From Paraspadella gotoi (lineage: Eukaryota > Animalia > Chaetognatha), in assembly GCA_051294375.1 (NCBI GenBank), contig CM119267.1, positions 5,461,386 to 5,525,385 of the forward strand: a stretch of 64,000 bases of DNA, read 5' to 3'. The notes below the pieces were generated by a model. It worked only from the letters and a program-made list of their open reading frames with translations. It made no database searches and had not been told where the DNA came from. Positions 22,102-34,708 of this stretch are shown here, in pieces. Numbering within the stretch: the first letter of the stretch is position 1; the number at the start of each line of letters is the position of its first letter. Both the position numbers and the translations under genes were made by a program.

Positions 22102-23038
22102 TATAATATATTTTTTTTAAATTCCGAACGAATATTTTTTTTTTCACAGTCAACCAAGCGATCCTTGGTTCTCCTTGCCTCGTTCGGCCGACAGGCGTCA
22201 TCTGTTTACCGTACGTCCACACGATTGTTCTTTGTTTTTTTTCATTCTCTCTCTCTCTCCTCTGTTCTCGTTCATTCTCCTCTCTCGTCTCATCTCTCTC
22301 TCTCTCTCCTCTCTCTCATCTCTCTTCTCTCTCTTTCTGTCTTCTCTCGTCTTTTTCCAGTTTTCTCACTTGTTTTTTTTCTCAATCGCGTTTGCGAGTC
22401 TTTTTATTCGCGTTCTTATGTGTGTGTTTGTTTTTGGTTTTTTTTTTTGCTCTGTTTTTTCCAAAACGTGAAAAGATAAAAAACAACAAACAACAAAAAC
22501 GCTAATCTTTTTTGACTGCGAATGATGGTGACGCTACTTATCGTTTTTTCCGCTTTACACCGCAAAACGATTTTCGGCGTCGTCGTCGTCGTCGGTCGCG
22601 TATAGTCTCGTCGTCGCCGCGTCCCGCGGCGTCGTTTCGGCGTTGTTTTCGTCGGCGGCGCGTTTGATTGCAAAGTAGGCGTGATAGATCATCGACGAAA
22701 TTGATTATGTTTCTGGCGACCGAGGTCGACCTTTTTTTAGTCACGTGACTCGTGTAAAGAAGATCAGTGATCCGGTCGTCACGAGGCACGCCCCCCCTTG
22801 TCAGGGGCCGGTCCAGGTTCCGTTGTCAGTTTTGCGAGCGTCGTTTGGCGGCGTCGCCCGTCCGCCATCTTTGTCCAAGGTTGTCACGCTCTTTGTTTCG
22901 TGACAGTCGTCGACGGGTCCGACGCCATGGTCGCGTCCGCGTCCGATCGAAACGGCGTCGACCTTACAGCTCTGACCGGCGACCCTCTGGCTTGAGAGAG
23001 AGAAAGAGGGGGGAGAGAGAGAGAGAGAGAGAGAGGAG

Positions 23039-23094
<56 letters not shown>

Positions 23095-23216
23095 AAAAGA
23101 GAAAGAAGAAGAGAGATAGAGGAGGAGAAGAGAGAGGAGGAGAGAGAGAGAGAGAGGAGAGGAGGAGAGAGAGAGAGCGAGAGAGAGGGAGGAGAGGAGA
23201 GAAAAAGAAGAAAGCA

Positions 23217-23284
<68 letters not shown>

Positions 23285-23623
23285 GGAGAGGAAGAGAAAA
23301 AGGAAAGAAAAGAGAAGATAGAGAGAGAAAGAAAGAGAGAGAAAACGAGAGATGAAAGAAAGAGAGAGAGATAGAAAGAAAGCAAAAGAGAAGAGAGAGA
23401 GAGAGCAGAGAGAGAGAGAGGAGAGAGGAGAGAGAGAGAGAGAGAGAGAGAGATGAGAGAGTTGATCGTCGAAAAATAAGAAATAGAAACGCAAAGAATT
23501 GGATTGAAGATATTTCCTTTTCTATTTTTTTTTTTCTTTTTTATTCCTTTTTGTCTCTATTTACATTGTTTTATTGTTATTTTTCTTATTTCTTCCCATT
23601 TTGCGCGCAGGGTCTGACGCACG

Positions 23624-26600
23624 ATGAGAGAAGACGAATCCGCGCCTCGTTTCGCTTCCTGCGAGGTGTTTCCCTGCTGGGTGCCGCGCGGGCGGCGTCG
23701 GATCGTCGCGCTACGGCGGGCGGCTGGCGTGGCGCGGTGCGCTTCCTGACGGCGAGAGTAGGTTTCCTCGGCGCGTCGCCTTTCGAAACCACGTGGTGGC
23801 GGTGCCTGTCGGGGTCGTCGCCAATTCGCGCTGTCTTCGGAAAGCCTGCATTGATCAAGACCGAGGTAGGCGTTGTTTTTGAGGAGATGGGTGGAAATGA
23901 GGGAAACTTTTTTTGTGTTCGATTAATTGAATTTTGGAATTTTTCTCTTGTAAAATATAGAATTGAGAAGTGTTTTTCAAGAGAAAAGTTTAGAAATGGT
24001 CACATAGTTAACGCAATTGCGAGAAAAAGGCCTTTTTAAGGGTAGTAGCAAAAGACAAGTGACAAAAGGTAAAGGTCAAGTCCATGAGAAGCGAATGGGT
24101 AAGTCTGGAGCGATTTTGGCGATATAAGGGAAGGAAGAACCGAAGCGGAGAACTTCGATGTTTTCTCAGTCGGAGAATCTTTTTTTATACTTTTCTCTCA
24201 CTCTCTCTCTTTCTCTCTCTCTCTTCTCTCTTTCTCTTCTCACTCTCTATCTCACTGCTCTCTCTCTTCTCTCTCTCTCTCTTCTCCGCGTTAAAAATAA
24301 AAGTTCGATTATATTTTGAGGATGAGAAGTCTTGAGTGTTGAAAGGTTAGTCGAAGGTGTTGAAGCCCGTTGAATTCCACTCGAGTCAATAAGAGGATTT
24401 CGCGGCGGGGGGGGGGGCGGGAAGGCGAGGGGGGCGAGTGAGCAAAAAAAAAATTATTTTTATTTTGTTAGTGAAGAAATTGAAGAAATAGATGTACTAG
24501 ATTTAGAATCGATCGATAAGGAAAAGTGGAAAAAATAAGCAGACACGCGCTAAGAAAAAAAAAAAAGAATGAAAAAATAAGGAAATCGCCAAAGAGAGAA
24601 AAAACAAAAACAAATTGGAATTTGCAATGGCAGAATGGCGCGATTGTGAAAACAGATTTTTTCTCGACGTGGTTGAAGATTACGAAATCGAAGGCTCATT
24701 AAAAACCTTGTTGTTGTTTTTTTGTTTTGCGTGTTTGTAGTGTTTCTCTTCTTTTTCGCCGCCTTTGGCTTTTCGTTTTGCGTTTTCATCGCTCCTTTTG
24801 ACAAAAGTTCATTTGAGGGAAATTGGAGATAAGTATCCGAGTAATTTTCTTCGCGCTCTGTCGTGTCTTCCAGGTTAACATTGGAATAAAATATGAGGCG
24901 TTGAATAAAAGACGTCCGTCTTCGAAGGCTGGCGAAAAGAGAATGGTTTGAGAGTGGATTCTTTTTTTTGAGTGGCGAAGCTGTTACGTTATCTGGAAGA
25001 GGAAAGATTTAAATTGTTCTTCGTGTCGATTTTATCAATCAAGGACAGAAGAGGACGTTTCGTCTCTTTGGAATACGCTCTCGACATCACCTTTCTTTCA
25101 AAGATACTCTTTGCTTCATTCTACGATGCAACGATCCGTCCGTTTGCAGTCAATTATGGTGCCTTAATGCCAGCACGGATACTCGACGTTGAAGGAAGAG
25201 TCTTCCTCGCCGAGGGGGTCGGAACTTTTTCATTCTTCCTCGCGAGAAATTACATAGGTTCATTTACTTGATTGAAATCGGAAAGAAAGGGAGGGAAAGG
25301 AAAGAGTGAGAGAGACGAGAGGAGAGAGAGAGAGAGAGAGAGAAGAGAGAGCAGGAGAGAAGAGAGAGAGGAGAGAGAAGAGAGAGAGAAAGAGAGACTT
25401 TTTCCTCGCAAATCTCTTTAGCATTGATATCGGCCAAAACGAGAGGCAGCTGAGGATTGCGCAAACAGAAGCGTAATCGAGTTTCGATGTGAAGCAAATT
25501 CGGGATTCAGCGCTAAAAACTTCTCTGTTTTATCTTTGCTTTTATTGTTTGTTTTTTATAAAATTCTATGTTTTTTAAATTTTCGAATTTTTGTCTTTGA
25601 AGGCGGATAAAGATTACGACGGAAGTTCTATTTGTAATGAATATTTTATAAACCTGTTCACAATGGTTTTTCCTTGTTTTTAACTCTTTTATAATGTTTG
25701 AACTGAGTCTTGATGATTGATGCGTTATGAATATTTATAATTTAAATAATATAATTTATAGAGATGTATAGATAGAGGGGAAAGAAGTTCAGAATTATAT
25801 AGATATATAAAAATCATATTTCATATATATATAGAGAGAGTACGACTGAAGATCGGTCATGCCTATAGCGGGGGTGAAGATGTTGCAATCCCAACTACAA
25901 CACAAACTGTCCCAATGAGAAATATATGACATCGAAAAAACATATTATTAAAGTTTCGATTAGTCTCTATAAATGGGTTATTTTTGAAAATCCGCATTGA
26001 TCGAAAAAAGTTCAAAAAATGGTCCAGAAACAGTAACTTTTCCGTACTAGTTAATATAAGAAGTTTATGTCACGAAGAGACGGAACGAATTTTTTTTGAA
26101 AGAATTTAAAATTCTTCGCGATGAAGATGTTGGAGAAAAAAAATTCGAAGTTTTGGGAAAAAGGTCATGTTTATGGTCTTGAAGAACACGAGAAATAAAT
26201 TCCGAGAAAAAAAAAATTAAAAAAGGTTTATCTTTGAAGAAGAGTCGGAACTCGGAAGCCCGAAAATGCGTTGAAAGAAATTCGAGGCAAAAAAGTAGTT
26301 GGAAGGAAGAGGTCGAGGCTCAATAGAGGCTCTACTAGAGGCTACTAGAGGCTCTACTAGAGGCCCCTACTAGAGGCTCTCACTAGAGGCCTACTAGAGG
26401 CTCTACTAGAGCTCTACTGAGGCCCTATAGCAGGCTCTACTAGAGGCTCTACTCAGTAGGCTTTACTAGAGGTCTACTAGAGGCCCTTCTAGAGGCCTAC
26501 TAGAGGCTCTACTAGAGGCCTCTACTAGAGGCTCTCTAGAGGCCCTTTCTAGAGTGCTCTACTAGAGACTCATCCTAGAGGCCTACTAGAGGCTCTACTA

Positions 26601-28342
26601 GAGGCCTCTAACTGAGGTCTAAACTACTACTCTAGTCTAAATCAATGTTGTAAGAAGCCTCTCTCATCCAAAACATTTAAAAAAAAGAACGGTCGTAATT
26701 CGCAATGTGTTGCGCCGCAGTGACTTATTTTTACGTGTATTTCCCTTGACAAATGATATGACATGACGATTGCAAGTTATGAGGCATTTTTAACGTAAGT
26801 GGGATGAACGAGGAACGACCGACCGACCGAAGACCGTCCGAACTAACGTGACTTATAGAGTAGCTGCGCGAGTATTGCTGCGCAAATAAAAAAAGGTGAA
26901 AACCGCAAAACAAAGAATCTAAATAGGAATAAAATAGAAATAAAAGAAGCTCCTATTATTTAGATTAAAATGAAAGATAATCTTGGAAAGCGTCACAAAG
27001 CGCGTTTGAAAGAAGCTCCACTGCTCTCTCTCTCTCTTGGCTGAACGCAGTCTCCTCTTAGCCGCGGGTCGGAGGGGTCGCCGCGTTCTCTCGCAGACCG
27101 ACGAAGCCTCGACTTTTAATGCGCAGAGTTTGTTTTTTGGGGGCGGGGGATTTCCCTGGGGGGGGGAGGGAATGCGGTGGTGGGGAAGGGAAAAAAGTGT
27201 GATGCGATTGGTAAGTGAGAAGAAGGAGAGGAAGAGATGAGAACGTCGAAAGAAGGTGGGAGGGGAAGGTGGAGGGGGTGGAGGGGTAGAGTCTTCGCTT
27301 CGGGGTTAAGATTGAATGGGCGGAAAAAAAAAAGGTAGGGGGAAACTTCGGATGGGGGGGGAGAGACGAGTTTTTTTTCGAGGGGAAGGCTAAGACGATG
27401 GGAGAAAAAAGGCGCGGGCGGCTCGTTTTCCTTCTCGACCTAAGGGAGACCCGATACGAGGGCCTTTTCGATGCTTCACGAAAACTCGAGAGTGGAGAGA
27501 ATGCGGCCCGTGGGGGGAAGGGGGGAAGGGCGGAAAGGGGGAAGGGCGGGAAGGGGGGGAAAGGGGGAAAGGGAAAGAGGGATTTGTTTTTTTTTTTTTT
27601 TAAGTTAAAATTTGGTAAAAAAATTTTTGGTTTCACGACGAACAGGAATTGAAGAGAAAAAAAAAACTTTACTCGGCCGAGAATTTTTTTGTTTTGTATT
27701 CGTGAAATAAATGAGGTATGGTTGTAACTTTAAACTAACTATAAGTTAAAACATGAAACAGAACATTTAAAATTCCATGGCTGGTCAGAATGGACTGAAG
27801 AAGGGACGCAAAGACGAAAAAGCCTTCAAAGGACGGCCATTAATCGGCGTGCAAATGAACGAGAGAGGAATCATCATATTCAATGTGTGTTTTTTTTAAA
27901 GAAAATTAATTATTGAATTCGTCATCGCTGAATTTATTCGACGATCGAAAATCTAAGGCAAATCGTTTTTTGGTCGTTTTAAAATCGTTTACCCGTGGAC
28001 GTGCTTCGGCGCAGAGGTGGAATGTGGTGCTGCAACTTATATATTAAGAAGAAAACGGGTCTGATGGAATCGAGATACCGCTTGACTTGGGCAATTTAGT
28101 AGGGGGAAACCACGGATTTAAACTTTCTAATCTTCGTGTTCGAAATTATTTTATCATTAATAATTAAATCATATAATTAATTAATTATTAATTAATTATA
28201 ATTAATTAATGAAAAAATCTTAATTGCTCAACGGACGGGCGATGACGTAATTTCAACTCTTGGCTTCTACTTTTGGTTCCGATGGTGATCAATCGCCGTT
28301 TTAGATACTCGGCTGATACCAGTGTGTGGACAGAAGGAAGAA

Positions 28343-28373
<31 letters not shown>

Positions 28374-28380
28374 GAGAGAG

Positions 28381-28413
<33 letters not shown>

Positions 28414-29874
28414 AAGATTAAGCACCTACTTAATTCGGATTTCGCGACACCACTTTGGAACTCTGTCCGCAATTATTAGCGGCAACGAACAGCGTTCCCC
28501 GCGGCTCCGCTCCGCGAGGCGAGCAGTCCTAAGTCCGAACCCAAGGTGACCCCCCTTCCTACTTTCCTTCTTTCTTTAAAAACCTTGCCGCAAGACGGAA
28601 AAATCTCCCCTTTCCCGAAAAAAAAAAAAAAAAAACCTAAAAAACTCCGCACCGTGCGAGGCGGGAAATGCTCTTTTGGACGTGCGGTGCCAGTCTTCCC
28701 TCTCGACCGCAACTGGGACGCTCTTCACATCTCAAACGGAGATTTTCGCCGCCGGGAATTCGAACGGTGCCTTGCGACCTTCAGCCCTCCTTTTCTCCTG
28801 GGGGTCTGCTGCCCCCCCCCAAACCACATCGAACGGAACTCGAGGGCTCGGCGCACCTTTTGAAAGAGAGAGAGGGCGTTGGGAGAAGAAGCGCGCTGAC
28901 GTCGACATCGGACGCGGCGTGACAAAATAGACCCGGACTGGAAAATCTGGGACGGACGCGAGGGCCAAAAATAGGGGGCGTGGTAAAAAAAAAAGGGGCC
29001 GCCGGAGCAAGGGGGGGAATGTGGGCTGGGCGAAGCCGGGACGCCTTCCATGCAAACCGAGGCGTCAAAGACCGGGCGTCAAAGACCAGTCACGCGCGGA
29101 CGTGAAGGATCCCAGATCGCGTCGGGCAATGACGCCGAATCTCGATTCTGGTGGAGACGCAGCGTTGGGCCGAAAGTCGTCCGTGGACGCCGAAAAGAAA
29201 TGAGGGGCGAGAGAGACGGTTGTATACTTGGGAGCGAGGAAGTTTATTGGGCAAAAAAGTAGAAAAAAAAAAACAGATTTAAGATTAAGAGATAAAAGAG
29301 TAAGGATTAAAGAAAACAAAAATTATCACACGATTATGACATCGATTTTTTTTGTCAAAACGAAGCAGTTTTTCTTTACTTATTAATCGATACATAGTAA
29401 AGACATGAGAAGAATTGGTAGTATTTATTAATGCCTTGTTAAACCCAACAGATGATGAGCTTATCTCACGACTCAACAATTAGGAGAAGTATTCAGACGT
29501 TATTCAGTGGAGGCTTTCGGAAGTGAGAGGGAAAACTAACTCTTTTTAACAGTTTAAATATTTTTTCCATCTTCGCGTGCATTAGTCACTGCCTCTCAGT
29601 CCTTCTGCCATCGCCCTTCAGTTGGGTTATTAAACGAAATACGGGGGAAAAAACGATAAAAAAATAAATAAAACAAAATAAATGGCGGAGAGATTCGATG
29701 ACGCGAGAAGCACGAAACGACGAGCGATGGAACGCGTGGATGTGAGGCGATTTAAAAAGAGAAGAAAAAGAAGTAAACAAAGAAGGTTAAGGTGAAGATG
29801 ATTTCAAAAGAGAAGAAACATCCAGTTCGCGAACTGGTCCGCGGGTGGAGGAGGAAGAGAGAGAGAGAGTAGAG

Positions 29875-29907
<33 letters not shown>

Positions 29908-30699
29908 TGAGAGAGATGGGAGAGAGAGAGAGAGGGAAGAGAAGGTCGCTGATTTTTGACGAGACGTAAAAACTCTGCCACGCCCATACCCGATTCCGCC
30001 GACTGAAAACGGAATCGTGGAACTGGAATTAGATTCGTCGAAGGAAAAAAATCGGCGAAGGAAACAACGGGGGGTCCGATTTCCTCCAGCGGGATCTGCA
30101 CCGACAACCGCCCGCCCCGCGCCGCCGCCTCTTCTATTTCGTCTTACTCCTCAACCCCATTTCATCCAAACCAGACACTCCAAGTCGATGACGATGACGA
30201 TGATGATGATGTGAGATGATGATGAATGATGGATGATGATGATGGATGATGATAATGATGATGATGATGATGATGTTGATGATGATGATGATAACTCTTG
30301 GCTGCCTCATTCGCAAGCGGATTCTACGAACCTGACTCAAACTTCTCCTCGAAACACTGCGCTTGGCCTTCTCCAACCGCCAGTGACTGTGAGAGTTCAT
30401 TTGCCGCTGGTCCCACTCTGACCAGAGTGAACGCTTTCGACCGCGACGACGCCTCAGCGGTCACCACTCTGCCGTCCTCCAGACGGTCCGCCCTCTCTCG
30501 TTGCCGAAACCTTTGGTGCGAAATAAAAGAAGGATTTCGTCGGATTTTTTGCCCCCAACGAGTCTTATTCCGGACGCGGCGGACGGCCGCCAGCAGCCGC
30601 CGCTCTCGACGGGGCACGCCGCCGCGCCCGCAGTACGCCGCGGGCGCCGCAGTCGCCGACGATGCTCCCGCAGTCGCCGCGCCGTGTTTGGGGTCGTAA
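23624..30699 (+). CDS. IgSF gene, copy 1 (indel-ridden version of 51078-58240)
   Basis: Exon 23611-23865 (cag..gtagg) homologous to the signal-peptide/Ig exon of copy 3; last exon ends ...AVAAPCLGS* at 30699; many apparent frameshifts. Confidence 0.5.
26315..26635. repeat. 12-bp minisatellite (CTACTAGAGGCT)n; also at 39870-40190 and inverted at 55180-55496
   Basis: About 25 units; clean in the inverted copy, indel-noisy here. Confidence 0.95.
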
Positions 30700-31076
30700 A
30701 TGCAAATTTTACGACAGATCGAAGTATCTAACTACGGGGCCAAAATTGACGTGTCGCCGACGACGAGACGACGACGAGAGACAGACGACGAACGACGAAC
30801 GTTTTCGATTCGACGCCAAGCGGAGAGAGAGTTAATAGTACTTGCAACTAAGACAAACATACTTATAGAAGGACTGTTTTATTTACATTAAATAAACTTA
30901 GAACTCATAAGATCTGCTAGACGAGTACAATAATTTTCTTTTAACAAATGGCAGCGCACAAAATTGCATTAAAGTAATAGTATAGTACTCGGTACTACTA
31001 CTGTATGAAAGATAACCACAATATGTAATGAAAAATAGGATGATTTGTCTGAATGTTGAAAAAACTTTTTAGACGC

Positions 31077-31118
<42 letters not shown>

Positions 31119-31541
31119 AAGAGCAGAGAGAGAGAGAGAGAAGAAGAGAGAGCGAGAGACGAAAGAAAGAGAGGAGAGAGAGAACTAATGACAGAGAGAC
31201 AGAGACAGCTTACACGTTTTTCATTTTGTCTTGTTTTTATAAACTTAAATTTAGAAGCAATTGGAAAAAACAAATTATAAATGGATTAAGATATGGAAAA
31301 AAACAGATTCAAGGTGAAAATGCATGACTATTTACTCAAAATGCTGCGAATGCGTTCTCCACCGATGATAACGAATTAAAGAAAAAGACGAAAATGAACC
31401 GCACGATGGTCTTCCAGCGCCTTGCGCTGTGATTCCTTTATTCCTCCTTGCCCCTTTTTCTCTCTCCGATGTCGCCGATTACAGAGACAGGAATAAATGG
31501 AACAAAGACGACGGGACGCTGACGTTGCAGATAGAGAGAGA

Positions 31542-31575
<34 letters not shown>

Positions 31576-31838
31576 AGAGAGCGAGAGATGAATTCCTGGG
31601 TTCAAGGACATCAGCTCATTGGCTTCAGTTTATGCTTTCTCCGGCGGTGCTTGAACTCAGACTATTTCTTTAGATGGAAGAAGGAGAGAAAAAAAAAGAA
31701 AGTTGGAGGGAAAAGACCTCAATATCGAAAACAAAGTGGTATTTAAAGGAAAAATATTGTTATGATTCTTCTTTTCGTTGTGTTTGGTATTAGGAAAAAC
31801 AGTTTTAAGGTTCACAACGATTTATTATTGGATATAAG

Positions 31839-31881
31839 TCGGACAAAGTTTCAACCTCTTTATTAAGAGTCTCTTCAGCGA
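31839..31881 (-). ncRNA. Minimal type I hammerhead ribozyme motif
   Basis: tcg CTGAAGA gactctt-aata-aagaggtt GAAA c ttt g TC cga: stem I tcg/cga, CUGANGA and GAAA cores, stem II, short stem III, GUC cleavage triplet. Confidence 0.7.
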
Positions 31882-31969
31882 TTTTTTAATATCAACAATT
31901 CTCTCTTTAACATTAGCTTTGAGAGTGGAGAAGCTAATGTTAAAGAGAAAAATTGTATTGATCTATTAA

Positions 31970-32854
31970 AGGGGACCCAGTGATAAAAGTGATTATCTAT
32001 AAAGCTTAGGGTCTATCATCAAAGGAATTTGAAAGGTGATAGTTCAATTATTTTTTCTTTGCACGGGAAAGTGGCAAAAAATTCCATCCTCTTATTGTAG
32101 CGGAAACAAAAATTAATAATTATGAAAAAAACATTTAGTTGACCTACCTAAATATTATATAATCCATTCTTTTATTTTTGCATTAGAAAGTAATTTTTTT
32201 ACAAAATTCCAATTTTTTATTTTTTACTGTAAAAAGCTATAATTTTAAGGTTTAAGCCTCATTGAACAAAGGTTTACAAGACTATATTTTTATATTTTAT
32301 ATTTATTTAAAAAGCACAAAAATCAAACTAAATTCCTATTCTTACAAGAAACAAAACTGTAATAATTATTAATTATATTCATATTCAATTCCCTTAATGA
32401 TTATTAAACTATATTGATTCCTAATTATAATAATTAAAAATTTAGCAAAAATAAAGAATCTTCTCTTCTTTTATATTTATATTACTTAAAGATTTTATTT
32501 TCATCAAATTAACAGAATCAATTTGGAAAAGGAAAGTTAAAATAAAATCAGTCGTACCTTAAATTTGGATTCATTCCTAGTTTTTTTTCTTATAAATTTT
32601 TTGATAAAGCTGAAAATCTTTTTAAAATTAGATCTTACGCCTTTTTGAGAAAAAATTTTTAAAACTTGAAAAAAGAATTTTCTTCTTACACCGATTTTTT
32701 TAAAGAAAATTAAGTCGACTGATTTTATCGAATTTTTTAACTTACTTTTCCAAATGAATTAAAGAAGAAATAATATGGTCAAGACCAACTTAAGTTAAAG
32801 GGTCAAACATTATGTTTTCAAGCTTTTTTACCCCCTGTTTCACATTGGGTCCCC
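31970..32854. mobile_element. TTAA-flanked MITE (Kolobok/T2-like) nested in the Penelope-like element; duplicate at 45552-46436
   Basis: TTAA|AGGGGACCCA...TGGGTCCCC|TTAA; interrupts the right arm of the outer palindrome; no ORF. Confidence 0.65.
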
Positions 32855-33152
32855 TTAAAATCGTGAACGAAGATCTATAAAGAGTTGAAAACTTGTCCGA
32901 ACTTATATCCAATAATAAATCCGTGTTGACCTTAAACTGTTTTTCTAAGGAAAAATATTAAATTCAATAGATGGATTGGAAGAAAATCAAGTTTTATACT
33001 TATGCACCGACAAATATAGTTATTTTAACAAAAAATATTAAATACATATATATATGGAACTAAGAGTAATTTGATTCTTGTCCTTAAACCTATATTATTG
33101 GACCCTGCTAAAAGATAATATCGAACAGAGGATCGTCATTGCTCGAATCGTA

Positions 33153-34708
33153 AAAAAATCGCACGGGCCGAAGCGATCCTCGTTCCGGAAATTAAGATAT
33201 TCGAATCGCTGCGCCCAGAGCTTTCGGTGGTCGTGAAAACTCGACGACTCGAACCGAACAGAGAAGGACATTTTCTATGAATTCCTTCCTTTTCTTTCCT
33301 TTTATTGTTTAAGCAAAATTAATAATAAAATGTTAATTAATATTTATTATAAATATATATTATATAAAGCTATCTGGCCCCGCTTTTGATAGGCTTATCA
33401 TAGCCTATGCTAGTTAAGGCCTATCCATCTCTTTACAGTCCCTGCAAGCTTTCCATCAAGTTATCTCACAGTCTAGTTTATTCGCTCCCAGAGACTGGCT
33501 TTCCTTTTGATGAAGTAGTAATTATGTTTTTATTTAAACTTGGTTTCCAATCGTAAAAAATGGGTCCCGTATTCATATCGGGGATTATTGTATTGTATTT
33601 CAGAAATTACGGCACTGACAACTTCCGAATTCGCAATTAAGAAAATTAATATTTTAACGAAGTTTAATTCAAACTCTAAAAAAGTCGTCTTGACGGCGCG
33701 AGGGACGCCGATGTTGATATAATGGCGCCGACGCTAATGAGTCGTCGTCGCCGATCGTTGGTAGTCAACGCCGGCACTTGTCGCGTCGGCTGTTGTCATC
33801 AATTGTCGTTAATTGTCGGCGTCACAGTTGTCATACTACTAGACGTTATATGTCGCGGTCGCTGTGTCATCAAGTCGTTGATTGTGGCGTCGCTGTTGTC
33901 ATCATTGTCGTTGTTGTTCGGCGTCCGACTGTTGGTCATCATTTGTCGTTGATTGTTCGCGTCCGTTGTCGTCATCCAACAGTGTTGATTGTCGGACGTC
34001 GCTGTTGTCATCATTGTCGTTGATTGTCGCGTGCTNNNNNNNNNNNNNNNNNNNNNNNNNGACAATTAACGACAATGATGACAACAGCGACGCCGACAAT
34101 GCCGGCGTTGACTACCAAGCGACGGCGACGACGTGACTCATTAGCGTCGGCGCCATTAATCAACGATCGGCGTCCCTCGCGGCGTCAAGACGACTTTTTT
34201 TAGAGTTTGAATAAACTTCGTTAAAATATTAATTTTCTTAATGCGAATCGGAAGTTGGAGTGCGCTATTATCTGAATACAATACTAATTAATCCCCGATA
34301 TAATACTGGACCCATTTTTTACGATTGAAACAGTTTAAATAAAAACATATTACTACTTCATCAAAAGGAAAGCCAGGTTCTCTGGGAGCGAATAAACTAG
34401 ACTGTGAGATAGATTTGATGGAAAGCTTGCAGGGACTTGTAAGAGAGATGGAGGCCTTAACTAGCCATAGCCTATCAAAAGTCGGGGGCCAGATAGCTTT
34501 ATATAATTAATAAATATTAATTACATTTTTATTATTACATTTTGCTTAACAATAAAAGGAAAGAAAAGGAAGGAATTCACTACCGAAAATGTTCCTTCTC
34601 TGTTTCGGGTTCGAGTCGTCGAGTTTTCACGACCACCGAAATCTCGGGCGCAGCGATCGAATATCGTTAATTTCCGGAACGAGGATCGCTTCGGCGTGCG
34701 ATTTTTTT
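33153..34708. repeat. Inverted repeat centred on a 25-N gap (junction between copies 1 and 2)
   Basis: 34061-34708 is an indel-noisy reverse complement of ~33153-33815. Confidence 0.9.

Larger units (their letters stand above)
31759..32946 (-). mobile_element. Truncated Penelope-like element (pLTR plus tail with an inverted pLTR); duplicate at 45341-46528
   Basis: Absent from copy 3; flanked by the direct repeat aaggaaaaatatt; inverted arms 31791-31919 and 31931-32947 each carry a hammerhead-like motif followed by aataataaa; ~30-nt unpaired tail at 31759-31790. Confidence 0.6.
21154..33152 (+). repeat. Segmental copy 1 of a ~12-kb locus
   Basis: Matches 34709-46733 (offset 13555, then 13582); the ORF track is identical in both copies up to ~30900. 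Confidence 0.95.

Noticed and set aside
25843-25890. CTGAAGA-containing hammerhead-like motif
   Set aside because: No GAAA core or convincing stems in any copy.
26315-26635. CRISPR-like array
   Set aside because: Contiguous tandem repeat with no unique spacers, in eukaryotic DNA.
33153-34708. Fold-back transposon
   Set aside because: Centred on a 25-N gap, no TSD, and located at a duplication junction; better explained as an assembly overlap.
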